DNA from: Octopus sinensis | Lineage: Eukaryota | Length of the DNA stretch: 64,000 nt | NCBI RefSeq assembly: GCF_006345805.1 | Contig: NC_043022.1 | Coordinates: 5,518,001-5,582,000, forward strand | Direction: 5' to 3' | Shown: positions 1 through 12,009 of the stretch, one piece after another | Layout: each line of letters starts with the position of its first letter | Numbering within the stretch: the first letter of the stretch is position 1 | The notes under the pieces: model-generated | The model's database searches: none | The model's input: the letters and a program-made list of their open reading frames with translations, nothing else | What the model was told of the DNA's origin: nothing | Translations under genes and position numbers: made by a program

Positions 1-183
1 AAATACTAAATTTCTAAATCTCTCGTAGAGACATGTTCGGTGGTGGGGCGATAGAATGGTTGTATACTGTCAATCTAACATGAACGTGACAGAAGGGGGT
101 ACACCATCGCCGTTTAGCCCTAGGAAGCATTGACGCCTCCTGATGGCTTTGACACATTTTTCCTGTGTCCTTATATACATTTA

Positions 184-935
184 CTAACAGCATAGCCCGG
201 CGTTGCCCGGGTATGTAAAAAACTTTGTCGATAAGCAATGCCCTTTATCTTTTTACCCTTTTTTATACTTATTGAACCGTTATTTTGTAAAATGAAGCCT
301 AAAAGGCATTAAGGCATTCAAGGCACCGTTCCCTTGCATGCATGAAGAAAATCTATGACATTCAAAGTGCATTTTCTGGTTTTGTTTAGCACACTCAACC
401 CAGTTCTGCGGTTTTTTCCAGTAATAACGTATCCTATTGGAACCAAAAGGGCCATTTAGCTCCTTGGAGCAGACATGATGCTTGGTGTGAATTTCAAAAA
501 AATATTCCTGCCAATTTGTTAAAGATATTGTCGAAAATATGTCATCCTGAATTTGAACGCAATTTCCCAAAATGGCATGATTTTATCAATTTTTTCTGAT
601 GGTAAGGTATTGCATGGAAAACTAACATCAGATTTAAGTTTCTTAGGGTAACATTAAGCTTTGCCATGAGTTTGGTGAAAATCGATTGCATGTTGCGAAA
701 ACTATAACGGAAAATGTGTTGCATATGATAAGCTTAGATTCTAGACCCCATGTCGAATTTATCGATTTTTTTCAGAACTGGGGGACCTTTTCAAAATTGT
801 CGCTGCATTGGGTTTGAATTATGACATTGGGATATGTGTGTGTCAAGTTTCATCAGAATCGGTTGAAAGCCGTGGTCAGGGTGAGGGTACAACCTGACAG
901 ACACACAGACAAACTGCCGTTTATATATAGAGAGA
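184..935 (-). mobile_element. Non-autonomous Helitron
   Basis: Minus strand starts A|TCTCTCTATATATAAAC and ends with hairpin CCCGG-GCAACG-CCGGG, then ...GCTGTTAG|T (CTAG-like). Inserted between A183 and T936 with no TSD. Same architecture as 27708-28274. Confidence 0.8.
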
Positions 936-975
936 TGAAGGGGAGACAAATACCCCCAGCCGCCCGGGCTGCATC

Positions 976-1016
976 TAGGGACACGTGTTTCAGGATGATT
1001 GTCCTTCGTCGGCCTA
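976..1016 (-). ncRNA. Type I hammerhead ribozyme motif (CCGACGA core variant)
   Basis: Minus strand: TAGG CCGACGA AGGA-caatca-TCCT GAAA CACGTG TC CCTA. Stem I TAGG/CCTA, stem II AGGA/TCCT, palindromic stem III, GUC site. Confidence 0.75.
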
Positions 1017-1139
1017 TATATATATATATATTGTATGTATGCGTTTATTTCCTGAGCGCCATACTAATACAATTGTTCGTTTGTTTTCCACCTGCCTTCG
1101 TCTTTTGTTTATTTTCATAAAGCTTCCCGTTATATATAT

Positions 1140-1335
1140 CGTGTGTGTGTGTGTGTGTGTGTGTGTGTCTGCGTTTGTCCCTGTAACCTAGCAGTTCAGC
1201 AAAAGAGACCAATAGAACAAGTACCATGCTTAAAAAATAAGTCCTGGAGGTCGAGGTTGCTTGGCTAAAACCCTTCAAGGTGGTGCCCCAGCATGGCCGC
1301 AGTCAAAGGACTGAAACAAGTTAAATTTAGAAGGT
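1140..1335 (+). mobile_element. SINE family A, 3' half
   Basis: (TG)n followed by cttagcagttcagcaaaagagacc...ccagcatggccgcagtc...actgaaacaag, matching full copies at 25222 and 58968. Confidence 0.85.
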
Positions 1336-1712
1336 AAAAAATACAGTAAGATATTGATAGATTCAAAATGCCAGACGCAGCACCGAAGATTTTCAAAACC
1401 ATTTTTTTCACACCCAGAATTGTTGAATCACAGACTAAATTATCCACATCAGTCATTAGCTGTCGAGACACTTTATCCTTCCAAAATTCTCAGCTTCTTC
1501 AAATGTACCGCCCCTCCCCACCCCGGCCATGTGCCTTGCACTCTTTTCTCTGCGGTTTTGCTCTTGTTATCCTCTGTTCCACGATTGCCATTCTAGCTTT
1601 CATTGCTCTGCTTTCTCTCCCCTCTTCTACTCTTTTCTGTTGAGTTACTGTACTGCACCTGAGCTCCACACACAGCCAACTCCCCCTCCTCCTCCTCATC
1701 ATCATCATCACA

Positions 1713-1954
1713 TAATAATAATAATATAATAATAATAATAATAATAATAAAATAATAATAATAATAATAAAATATAATAATATAATAATATAATAAATAA
1801 TAATGATATGATAATAATGATAATAATAATAATAATAATGATAATAATAATAATAATAATATAAAATAATAATAATGATAATAATATAATAATGATAATA
1901 ATGATAATAATAATAATAATAATAATGATAATAATAATAATAATGATAATAATG

Positions 1955-1988
<34 letters not shown>

Positions 1989-2002
1989 TGATAATGATAA
2001 TA
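1713..2002. repeat. (AAT)n microsatellite
   Basis: Imperfect AAT/GAT trinucleotide tract. Confidence 0.95.
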
Positions 2003-2455
2003 AGGCAGTGAGCTGGCAGAGTTGTTAGAATGCTGGGCAAAATGCTTAGCAGTATTTTGCCTGTCTTTATGTTCTGAGTTCAAATTCTGCTGAGGTCGAC
2101 TTTGCCTTTCATCCTTTCAGGGTCTATAAATTAAGTACCAATTAAGTACTTAGGTGAATCTAATTGACTGCCCCCCACCCAAAACTAGTTCAGGCCTTGT
2201 TCCTATAGCAGAAAGGATTATAATAATTATTATTATTATTAAGGCAGTGAGCTGGCAGAATTGTTAGCATGCTGGGCAAAATGTTTAGCGGTATTTTGTC
2301 TGCTGCTACGTTCTGAGTTTAAATTTCCGCCAAGGTCGACTTTGCCTTTCATCCTATTGGGGTTGATAAATTAAGTACCAATGAAACACTGGGGTCGATG
2401 TGATTGACTAGTCCCCTCCCCTCAAATTTCAGGCCTTGTGCCTATAGTATTATTA
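2003..2455 (+). mobile_element. Two head-to-tail SINE family B copies
   Basis: Each copy reads ggcagtgagctggcaga..gttagca...gttctgagttcaaatt...ggtcgactttgcctttcatcct...taagtacca and ends in an (ATT)n tail. Copies start at about 2003 and 2242. Confidence 0.85.
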
Positions 2456-2507
2456 TTTGACTGCCTGGCTTTTAATTCCTCAAGTCAAAAAGCAAGGATT
2501 GAAAGAA

Positions 2508-2550
<43 letters not shown>

Positions 2551-2639
2551 GAATTTCAGCTGCCCTTATATAGCTAGTTTGGTCTTGTTTGGTTGATGTA
2601 TCTAAATGGAAGATCCAGATACTGTATGTTTTTTTCCCT

Positions 2640-3062
2640 CAGAGTCTAGAGCATCAATCCAGTTTATCAAAATTATGAATGCTGCGTAATGCCTAAATGA
2701 GTAGGATTGTGACTACAAAGGGTTGAAAAGGGGATCCTCTGAAAGGCCCCTGGAGTAATGTTACTTGACACGGTGCACAGCTTAGAGATGAGAAAGTCTC
2801 TCAAGGTCCAGTCACAATTTCTCTGCATCAACAGTTACCTGGTGCTACAGACCTGTGATTAAAATGTCGCTGGAAAGAATCGCAAGATGGATTTTCAAGC
2901 TGAGCCAAGCAGCGGAAGACTCAGGAAGAGACCATAAGAAAGCGGTTGGCCATACCTGGGAATCCAACCTGATGGTGATTGCTTTTGATAGCCCCCTACA
3001 GAGCAGGTACCTAAGGATTATCCTTCCAAGCCACCCAGGTGAAGTGGATAAAGAAAAGGGAT
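2640..3062 (+). mobile_element. Degenerate RTE-clade (Rex3/Expander-like) LINE 3' fragment
   Basis: Broken translation LLDTVHSLEMRKSLKVQSQFLCI...IKMSLERIARWIF...GRLRKRP resembles the RTE ORF C-terminus (RDRVRSS..RE.L.VEPLLL.IER...RMP..R.....GRRPRGRP). The 3' end gaagtggataaagaaaagggatg resembles the Rex3 tail. Confidence 0.6.
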
Positions 3063-3164
3063 GTATATTAAGGTTTATTTATTTTTTACTGATTTGGTAG
3101 TTTTCTCTTTTGCTCTCAGTTACCTGGGTACACTCTGCACCCACCTCTGTTAGAAATTTGTGGG

Positions 3165-3765
3165 GTTTCAAAATTACGTTTTGGTGCTGGTAGCACATAA
3201 AAGGCACTTTTTGAGTATGGTTGATGCCAGTGCCGCCTGACTGGCTTCCATGCCGGAGACACATAAAATACACCATTCCAGAGTGACCAATGCCAGTGCC
3301 GCTTGACTGGCACCCGTACCAGTGGCATGTAAAAAGCACCCACTACACTCTCGGAGTGGTTGGCATTAAGAAGGGCATTGAGCTGCAGAAATCTTGCCAG
3401 ATCAGATTGGAGCCTGGTGCGGCCTCCCAGCTTGCCAGTCCTCAGTCAAACCTATTTCTTTACTACCCACAAGGGGCTAAACACAGAGAGGACAAACAAG
3501 GACAGACAAACGGATTAAGTCGATTAGATCGACCCCAGTGCGTAACTGGTACTTATTTAACCGACCCCGAAAGGATGAAAGGCAAAGTCGACCTCGACGG
3601 AATTTGAACTCAGAATGTAGCGGCAGACGAAATACGGCTACGCATTTCGCCCGGCTTGCTAACGTTCCTGCCAGCTCGCCTCCTCAGTCAAACCATCCAA
3701 CCCATGCCAGCATGGAAAGTGGATGTTAAACGATGACGACAATGATGATGATGATGATGATGATA
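3165..3765 (+). mobile_element. RTE-LINE 3' UTR copy (family C) with a nested SINE B
   Basis: gtaaaaagcacccactacactctcggagtggttggc...aagggcat...ccaacccatgccagcatggaaag...(GAT)n tail. Confidence 0.85.
3453..3680 (-). mobile_element. Young full-length SINE family B with 14-bp TSD
   Basis: TSD tcctcagtcaaacc at 3439-3452 and 3681-3694; CpG-rich body. Confidence 0.9.
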
Positions 3766-4194
3766 AACTGGTTCGTTTCCTCATACCTAAAGATCTTGCT
3801 CAATTAAGGGGGCATCAAAACGTACACATCATCAGAGGTAGCATATGCGCACACACGCGCGTGTGTGTGTCTGTCTGTGTGTGTACGTACAAATATTTGT
3901 GTTGTACTCAGTTGTACTCGGATCAACATTAATACATTTGTCCTTTAATACATCTTCAGTGTTTATGATTCTGTTGCCAGAATGAGATGAAGTAGAAGGC
4001 ATTCCATATCTGCTTCCACAATAGAAGATGCTCGAAAGAGATCTGCCAGACAGCATTAGCGAAAAGAGACGGAGGAGGGCTTCCACCCAGCACCAAAAGC
4101 GACAACAAAATTCAAAGAACAAACCTATCGTACGACAAGAAAAGTAAACAATTCACAATGAGATTTGAGGTTAATAAGGATATAAGATAATACA

Positions 4195-4229
<35 letters not shown>

Positions 4230-4493
4230 ATGTGTATGATGTGTGTGTGTGTGTGTGTTTGCGTCTAGGGGGTGGGAGATACCCCCCACTACTCCATCCT
4301 TTGGCAAACAGGATGCTACTGTGTACACAGCTAATATGGAAGCCAACAAAATGAGAAATGGAATAGAAATTAATGTGTGTGTGTGTGTGCGCTTGTGTGT
4401 GTGCGTGTGTGTGTGCACGCGTGTGTGTGTGTGCGTGTGTGTGTGTGTGTGTGTGTGCGTGCGTGTGTGTGCGTGTGTGCGTGTGTGTGTGTG

Positions 4494-4550
<57 letters not shown>

Positions 4551-4887
4551 CATACACATTATTTTTGAAACTGAAAAAAATGTCTTCAGAAATTAATCCT
4601 CATAAGTTTCAAGTTTCATATAACACACACACACTCGCGCGTGCGTGTGCGTGTGTGTGCGCATGTATACATGGAATACACAGACAGATAGAAAATGAAA
4701 ATATTCGAGCGTGTATATATATATATTTATATATATTTTCACTGTGTACTTCTAATTCACTCCTTTTGCTCTTTTCTGTTTTTCATTTCTGATTTGCCTA
4801 CACCCCCCCCACACACACACTCACACACACACACACACACACAATACACACACATACACACATGCACATACACACATACATATATTC

Positions 4888-5210
4888 CTTTTATTCTTTT
4901 ACTTGTTCTAGTGCTGGAGCACCACCTTTAGTCGAACAAATCAACCCCAGGACTTATTCTTTGTAAGCCTAGTACTATATCTATCACTGTCTTTGCTGAA
5001 CCACTAAGTTACAGGGTCATAAACACACGAATACACACACATATATGCAATGGGCTTCTCTCAGTTTCCAGCTAGTAAATCCACTCACAAGGCTTTGGTT
5101 GGCCTGAGGCTATAGTAGAAGACACTTGCCCAAGGTGCCACGCTGTGGGACTGAACCTGGAACCATATGGTTGGGAAGCAAGCATCTTACCACACAGCCA
5201 CTCTGGCACC
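4888..5210 (-). mobile_element. SINE family A (minus strand, internally deleted)
   Basis: Reverse complement of the family A head (gcaccttgggcaagtgtcttctactatagcc, CORE-like) and tail. Confidence 0.85.
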
Positions 5211-5274
5211 TATGTATATATACATATGTAACATTACTATATGTTTCATCATATAACACACACACAAAACGCAC

Positions 5275-5652
5275 TAGAAGTGGTTGTGTGGTAATTAGCT
5301 TGCTTACCAACCACGTGATTCCGAGTTCAGTCCCACTGCATGACACCTTGGGCAAGTGTCTTCTACTATAGCCTCAGGCCTACCAAAGCCTTGTGAGTGG
5401 ATTTGGCAGATGGAAACTGAACGAAGCCTGTCGTATATATGTATATGCGTGTGTGTTTGTTTTGTCTCCCTCAACATCGCTTGACAACTGATGCTGGTGC
5501 GTTTACGTCCCCGTCACCTAGCGGTTTGGCAAAAGAGACTAATAGGATAAGTACTAGGCTTACAAAGAATAAGTCCTGGGTCGATTTGTTCGACTAAAGG
5601 CGGTGCTCCAGTATGGCCACAGTCACATGACCGAAACAAGTAAGTAAAAGCG
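5275..5652 (+). mobile_element. SINE family A, full length (tRNA-like head, CORE-like block, internal TA/TG tract)
   Basis: tggttgtgtggtaa...gagttcagtccc...caccttgggcaagtgtcttc...ccagtatggccacagtc...gaaacaagtaa. Confidence 0.9.
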
Positions 5653-5909
5653 TATACATATACACACACATATATACATACATAACATGGTGTGTTTTGT
5701 GTGTGTGTATCTGTTTGCCACCAAAATTCTATACATCTTAAATAAACCGTTATATTCAATATGTGTTTATATATCCAGTTACCAAATGCTTCATCAAGAC
5801 CTGCTGCTAACACAGTATGAAACACCAGCCAGACACACAAACTGAAGGCATGATTGGTGTTTGGATGAAGTCTGTGTCTGTGTGTGTATTTAGTTCATGC
5901 CAGCAATTG

Positions 5910-6155
5910 TAACCCTTTAGTAGCCCTACTTCTAATGAAATACACTCACTGTGTGCTTAATCAATTTTGTAAATTATTTGCAAATTAAGCAGGATTTACT
6001 AAAATAACTTTGCTGCTGTAAAGCCATTATTAAATTGTTTATATGAAATTTATAATGGAAATTTAAATTTGATTATAAGCCCTTAAAAAAATAAAAGGCT
6101 TTCTGCTCTAAAACCAGACACAGTCTCATGTGTGTTGACACCAAAACAGCTTAAA
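5910..6155. mobile_element. Degenerate piggyBac-like MITE related to 42311-42531
   Basis: Starts taaccctttag; the internal sequence resembles the reverse complement of the 42311 MITE. Confidence 0.45.
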
Positions 6156-6359
6156 ATCCTCAAGAGAGGAGCCTAGAAGATAGACATCAATTTAGATATA
6201 ACATGAAAGCATTGAATTGTCTTCTTCTGTGTCTCCAATTAAATTGGGAAACGGATTATTATCCAATATTTCCCATTTATGAATGAACTCTATTTTTCAG
6301 TAAAATCAGACAAATTTCCCAGACCAAAAATTTACACCCTAAAAAGGTAAGGTTAACTT

Positions 6360-6660
6360 ACACCCTAAGATGACAAAGGACTAAGATGCCTGAGGCCTTG
6401 CCGTACTCAAGAAGACCCTTACTGCATGGCAGAAATGTTAAGACCGATCCTTCTGGTGCTATAAGGGTACCCGTGTGGTGCCATGTAACAGCACTCAGCA
6501 CACTCTGTAAAGTGGTTGGTGTTAGGAAGGACATCCAGCCATAGAAAACATGCCACATCAGACTGGGGTCTGGTGTAGCTCCTTAGTTTGCCAGCTCTGG
6601 TGAAACTGTCCAACCCATGCCAGCATGGACAACAGATGTATGATGATGATGATGATGACT
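6360..6660 (+). mobile_element. RTE-LINE 3' end (family C), degenerate
   Basis: gtggttggtgttaggaaggacatccagcc...ccaacccatgccagcatgg...(GAT)n. Confidence 0.8.
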
Positions 6661-6814
6661 GAATGGCAACATAGATTCAGAGTAAAATCGGAACCAAAGG
6701 GCTCTCTTGGCAAAAAACGGTGTTGAGAAACACAGTACTGAGTGATTTAATAATTATTTTTATTTTTAGTTTTGGCTTATTTTCGTAAGATTGAAAATTT
6801 CTTTGCAATCAGCC

Positions 6815-6965
6815 GGAACCAGTTCCGTGCAACCAGCATCATCTCTGTGGGATGATGCTGGAACCAGTTCCATGTAACCAGCATCGTCTCTGTGGGGTGA
6901 TGCTGGAGCCAGTTCCATGTAACTAGCATCATCTCTGTGGGGTGATGCTGGAACCAGTTCCATGT
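6815..6965. repeat. 45-bp minisatellite, about 3.3 copies, each with an 11-bp hairpin
   Basis: Unit ggaaccagttccatgtaa-CCAGCATCATC-tctgtgg-GATGATGCTGG; copies start at 6815, 6860, 6905 and 6950. Confidence 0.9.
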
Positions 6966-7044
6966 CTGTGTGAAGCAACCTGTTCGAGGGTAGAGTTGTA
7001 GTCGTAGCAGTGATAGTGCTGACACTTTGTCTGTTCTTTGTCAG

Positions 7045-7216
7045 ACTTTGGAATAACACTGAGTGTCAATGTCTGGACCCTGGCAGAAACTCTGTGACAC
7101 ACAGACACACACACACACACACACAGTGGCCAGTGTAACATTGAGGAGCCTAATCCAGCAACAGGAGACGAGGAGTTACATCCTCTTTTATTCATAGAAT
7201 TATTGTCTCTTGTTTG
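7045..7216 (+). other. Candidate non-coding (UTR or lncRNA) exon
   Basis: Acceptor ttgtctgttctttgtcAG ends at 7044, donor G|GTAAGT at 7217. Stops occur in all three frames. Confidence 0.25.
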
Positions 7217-7706
7217 GTAAGTTTTTCACATCCTCCTCTCTTTCTTTCTTTCTCTCTCCTTCATTCTTTTCCTTTTCCTCTCCCTCCCCCCTGACTCCAT
7301 TTTTTTATTACATATTTCTTAATTTTGGGTTTTTTATTTACAGTTTACTAAAACTTTAAGTATTTCCTCCTTGAGTAAATACACACGCAATATATATATA
7401 TACACAAAAGTACAAGCACATGTTCGTATACACACACAAAAATACATGTACACACACATACACATATTCATAGACATATACATTAATGCATATACACACA
7501 CAGATAGATTCACCTACTTACTATATACACACACATATAAACCACATACACACACCATCACAAACAAATTCACACACAAACACTCTCATACTCAGTCCTT
7601 AGCACACAAACACACACCCACACTCGCACTCTCTCCCTTTCATCAATCACCATTACTCGGCCTCACTCGTCTGTCAATCTTTTCTGTTTTTGTATTTTGT
7701 TTGCAG

Positions 7707-7776
7707 GATTCTCGATTTGAAACAACTTGGAAGGGTCATTATGTCAATAATGACACACACACTGGTTCAATTTATT
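7707..7776 (+). other. Candidate short exon
   Basis: Strong polypyrimidine acceptor tttctgtttttgtattttgtttgcAG ends at 7706; possible donor GTTAGT at 7777. Confidence 0.25.
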
Positions 7777-7937
7777 GTTAGTCACTTGATCCTTTGTTGT
7801 TAGTCAATCAATTAAATATCTAACGAACTAAATAACTGGTTGTTTATTGTGTTGCTTAAACAATCAATTGATTGTTTGTTAGTCAAAGTCCTTTCATCAC
7901 TATCCATGACCTTCTCACTGACTTGTACTCACCTCTT

Positions 7938-8447
7938 CAGGTCTTCTCTGAGACACAAGGCCTGCTCTGAGTCTCAAAGTATGCTCCGAATCTCAATGTC
8001 TGCTCTGAGTCTCAAGGTATGCTCTGAGTCTCAAGGTCTACTCTGAGTCTCAAGGTATGCTCTGAACCTCAGGATCTACTCTGAGTTACAAGGTCTGATC
8101 TGAGTCTCAAGGTCTGCTCTGACTCTCAAGGTCTGCTCTGACTCTTAAGGTCTGCTTTGAGTCTCAAGGTCTGCTTTGAGTCTCAAGGTCTGCTCTGAGT
8201 CTCAAGGTCTGCTCTGAGTCTCAAGGTCTGCTTTGATTCTCAAAGTCTGCTCTGAGTCTCAAGGTCTGCTTTGACTCTCAAAGTCTGCTCTGGGTCTCAA
8301 AGTCTGCTCTGACTCTCAAGGTCTGCTCTGAGTCTCAAGGTCTGCTCTGACTCTCAAGGTTTGCTCTGACTCTCAAGGTCTGCTCTGAGTCTCAAGGTCT
8401 GCTCTGAGTCTCAAGGTCTACTCTGAGTCTCAAGGTTTGCTCTGAGT
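7938..8447. repeat. 19-bp minisatellite, about 27 copies
   Basis: Unit ctctgagtctcaaggtctg with point variants. Confidence 0.95.
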
Positions 8448-8572
8448 ATTGAACCTCTATATGTGTTATTATTATTATTGGAATAACAATTCTCCCAAGA
8501 CACAAGATTCCAAGTTTAGTTGTCAATTTATTCCTCACACTTTCTTGGTTTTCTTCTTCCCCTATCAATCCC

Positions 8573-8619
<47 letters not shown>

Positions 8620-9535
8620 CTGTCTATCCTTGAGTGTCTCTCTTCTCACTCTCTCTCTCTCTCTGTCTCTCTCTCTCTCTCTCTACCCTTGGGTCTTTTT
8701 GTAAGCTCTACACACCCCAGTTCACCATCTTCTGCTACACATCTAAACACCCTACCTCTCTCTCCCACTCTCTCTGTCTCTCCCCCGCTATGACTATATA
8801 CATATAGACCCCAATCTCTCTCCCCCACCCTCCACTTCAGCCATCAAACTTCTCCATTTCGACACACCCCACTCACCTCCAACTCCCACCAACACACCCA
8901 CCTACCCACCAATCCTCACAGAACCTTCCAGCATCCTAATGAGAGTCACTGGTGATGGAGGAGTCTCTACATGGTAACTCAAACAGCTAGAAATAGCAGC
9001 CAAACAATGGCAGGACACTGAGTGCAGTTACTTGGTCCTTTGGTACTTGTTTGCATAGATCCTGCCAAAGACCTCGTCCCATAGAAGCAGATTTGGGGGA
9101 CATAAATGCTAGACTGGCTTCTCTCTCCACTAGCAGAAAAAGGGAGAAAGGCAAAGAGGGAGGAGAAAAAGCAGGGAAGGAAAGTGAGGGAGAGTGACAG
9201 AGGAGAGAGCAAGATAAAGATATATATTTGTGTGTGTGTGTGTGTGTCTTTGTATCAGTGTTTGTCTCCCACCACCACTTGACAACTGGTGTTTGCTTGT
9301 TTACATCCTCCATGACTTAGCAGTTCGGCAAAAGTACTGACAGAATAAGTACCAGGCTTAATGATAAAAGTTCTGGGGTCGATTTGTTTGACTAAAAATT
9401 CTTCAAGGCAGTGCCCCAGAATGGCCACAGTCTAATGACTGGAATTATTAAGAGATATAGATAGACAAATAGAGAGGCAGAGCAAACAAACAGACAGACA
9501 GAAAGACAGACAGAGAGACAGACAGGCTGACAGGG

Positions 9536-9571
<36 letters not shown>

Positions 9572-10334
9572 CAGGCAGGCAGGCAGGCATGAGCAGGAAA
9601 AGCAAGAGAGAGATGAAGAAACCAGTGGAGATAAAAAGAGAGAGAAGAATTAACCAAAATCTTTCACTTGGTACTTTATTTCTCAGCCCTGGGTGGATGA
9701 AAGGCAAAATTGACCATCGTGGAATTTGAACTCAGAGCACAGAGAGCCAGAATAATCACCACAAGGTATTTCGTGCTATGCCCTGATAACTGCTACCATA
9801 TTACAGTGTCTGATAAGCAAAACAACATGATGGCCACGAATGGAGTGTCTATAGATCCCAGTCTCCACAGGCAGGGTCAACTAAGAACAACAACACTATG
9901 ATCCCAAGGAGAAATATTAATAGGTCAGTTTTGCCATTTTCTAATTAGATCTAATTACTGTTTTAATTGATACAGATTCTTCTCAGACAAATGGAACTAA
10001 TCATCCGCTACTTAATTAATAACACTAATGATGTAATCTTTCATGAATACCAAAGCAGTTCTCGCATTGGCAGCACAAAGATACAGATGGAAAAGGGGGA
10101 AGTTGGGGGTCAGTCAGTTTATTCAGCCTCATTTCATGCCTGGTGCTTGTTTAATCCACCTTCAAGGGATGACAAACTAAAATTGGTAACAGTAGGATCA
10201 GAACTCACAATGTTAGGTGTGACACAGCTATGTGCTGAGAAAAAAAAAAGAAAAAAAACCTGTTGAATCTGGTTTACTAGGTTTGTTGGTCCCCCCCACC
10301 ACTATTTTGGGGTAAAATAAAAAACCCTATCATT

Positions 10335-10695
10335 TTGGCTGATGCTGGTGTCATGTAACTGGCACCCATGCTGGGGGCACATAAAAAGCATCCTTCAAAC
10401 ATTGGGTCTTACAGAGGCAGTGACAAGTGACCATGCTACAGAAGACGTTTAAAGCCAAGTGAAATCACAGTCATGGTTTTTTGTAACTGGCACATGTGCC
10501 AGTGACATGTAAAAAGCACCGACTATACTCTCAGGGAGGTTGGCATTAGGAAGGGCATCCAGCTGTAGAAACGCTGCCAGATCAGACTGGAGCCTGGTAC
10601 AACAGCCCCTGCAGCTTACCAGTTCTCAGTCAAACCGTCCAACCCATGCCAGCATGGAAAACAGATGTTAAACAATGATGCTGATTATGATGATG
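10335..10695 (+). mobile_element. RTE-LINE 3' UTR (family C)
   Basis: gtaaaaagcacc...ggcattaggaagggcatccagctgtagaaac...ccatgccagcatggaaa...(GAT)n. Confidence 0.85.
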
Positions 10696-10962
10696 TTCAA
10701 GAGTCATTAGCAGTGGAATCTCACTGTGGCTCTCAGGGCCACATGTGGCCCTCATGCATCCTTCTGGCAGATCCTGACAGTCTTCCCTCCATAAATATAA
10801 TAATTTTTACTTTAATTAACTCGTTTTATGCTTTTTGGAGCGGCCCCTTAAAAAATCCAGGTTTTGGATTTAGCCCCAGATATTAAAAAGGTTGAGAAAC
10901 TCTAGTCCCTACCTTCTCTCCATCCCTATCTCTCTCTCTCTTCTTCCACTCCCCTTCTGCTC

Positions 10963-10994
<32 letters not shown>

Positions 10995-12009
10995 CCTCTC
11001 TCCTTTGGACTCCAAACAATATTTTTCTCCACCCATGGCTCCCACCCACCGGCTTTTCAACAGCATGGCCCTGGCAATCAAATTATCTAATTAAATTATT
11101 TAATAGCTCATAACCACAGCCATGTGGTTAAGAGGTTCACTTCACAACCATTTGGTTCCAGGTTCCAGCCCACTGCACAACACTTTGAACAAGTGTTCCC
11201 AACTGTAGTCTGTAGTCTTTGGTTGTGTTACTCCTCAGGAGTGGAATTTGGCCAATGGAAACTGTGCAGAAGACTCTCTTCTGCATAGCTTTGTATGTGA
11301 ATGTGTTTTGTGTGTGTGTGTGTGGTGTGTGTGTGTGTGTGTGTGTGTATTGTGTGTACTGTTGTGTTGGCTGTGTGAGTGTATTGTTGTGTATATGTGT
11401 ACATGTGTATGTACATATGTTATTGTATGTGTGTACTGTTGTGTGTGTACGTTGTGTGTGTGTGTGTGTGTGTACATACTATTGTGTGTGGGTACTTGGG
11501 TACTGTTTTGTGCGTCTATGCATATGTGGGCGTGTTTGTGTGTGTGTGTGCATGTGTACTGTTTTGGTGTGTGTATTGCTATGTTTGTATGTATGTGTAA
11601 GTACTTGTGTGCCTGTATATACCTTTATGTGTATGTATGTTTGTGTGTGTATGCATGTGTACTGCTATGTATGTGTGTATACTGCCATGTGTATATGTGT
11701 AATACCACTATGTTGAGTTGCATTCCATAATACGTAAAAACAAAAAGACAAAAACTCGGTTGGCTGATCAATAAAGATCAATAGAAATCGATAGACCATG
11801 TACCAGCTTGAAATAGGTGCTGGGGTCAATGTGACTGACAAACACAAGAAAAACAAAACAAAAGACTCTCCAAAACAATGGCGGCCCAGCATGGCCAGAA
11901 TTGAATGTCAGCAAAGCAAGAGAACAGAAGAATACAAGAATATCGATTAAATCCTGTTGATAGTGACCTCGAAGGGAATCCTAAACTCTGTGTGAAAAAA
12001 ATGACTGCA

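Larger units (their letters stand above)
1..1016 (-). mobile_element. Penelope-like (PLE) pLTR remnant carrying an HHR, interrupted by a Helitron (184-935)
   Basis: Removing 184-935 rejoins ...cctgtgtccttatatacattta|tgaaggggagac..., which aligns with the uninterrupted relative at 57830-57960 (tagccccaggaag...ctcc...tggct...gacaca...ctgtgtcct...tgaaggggag). Both lead into a minus-strand HHR. The PLE assignment is inferred. Confidence 0.6.

Noticed and set aside
3940-4190. Coding-like purine-rich stretch (MLERDLPDSISEKRRRRAST...)
   Set aside because: Stops in all frames within short distances and no recognisable domain; probably TE debris.
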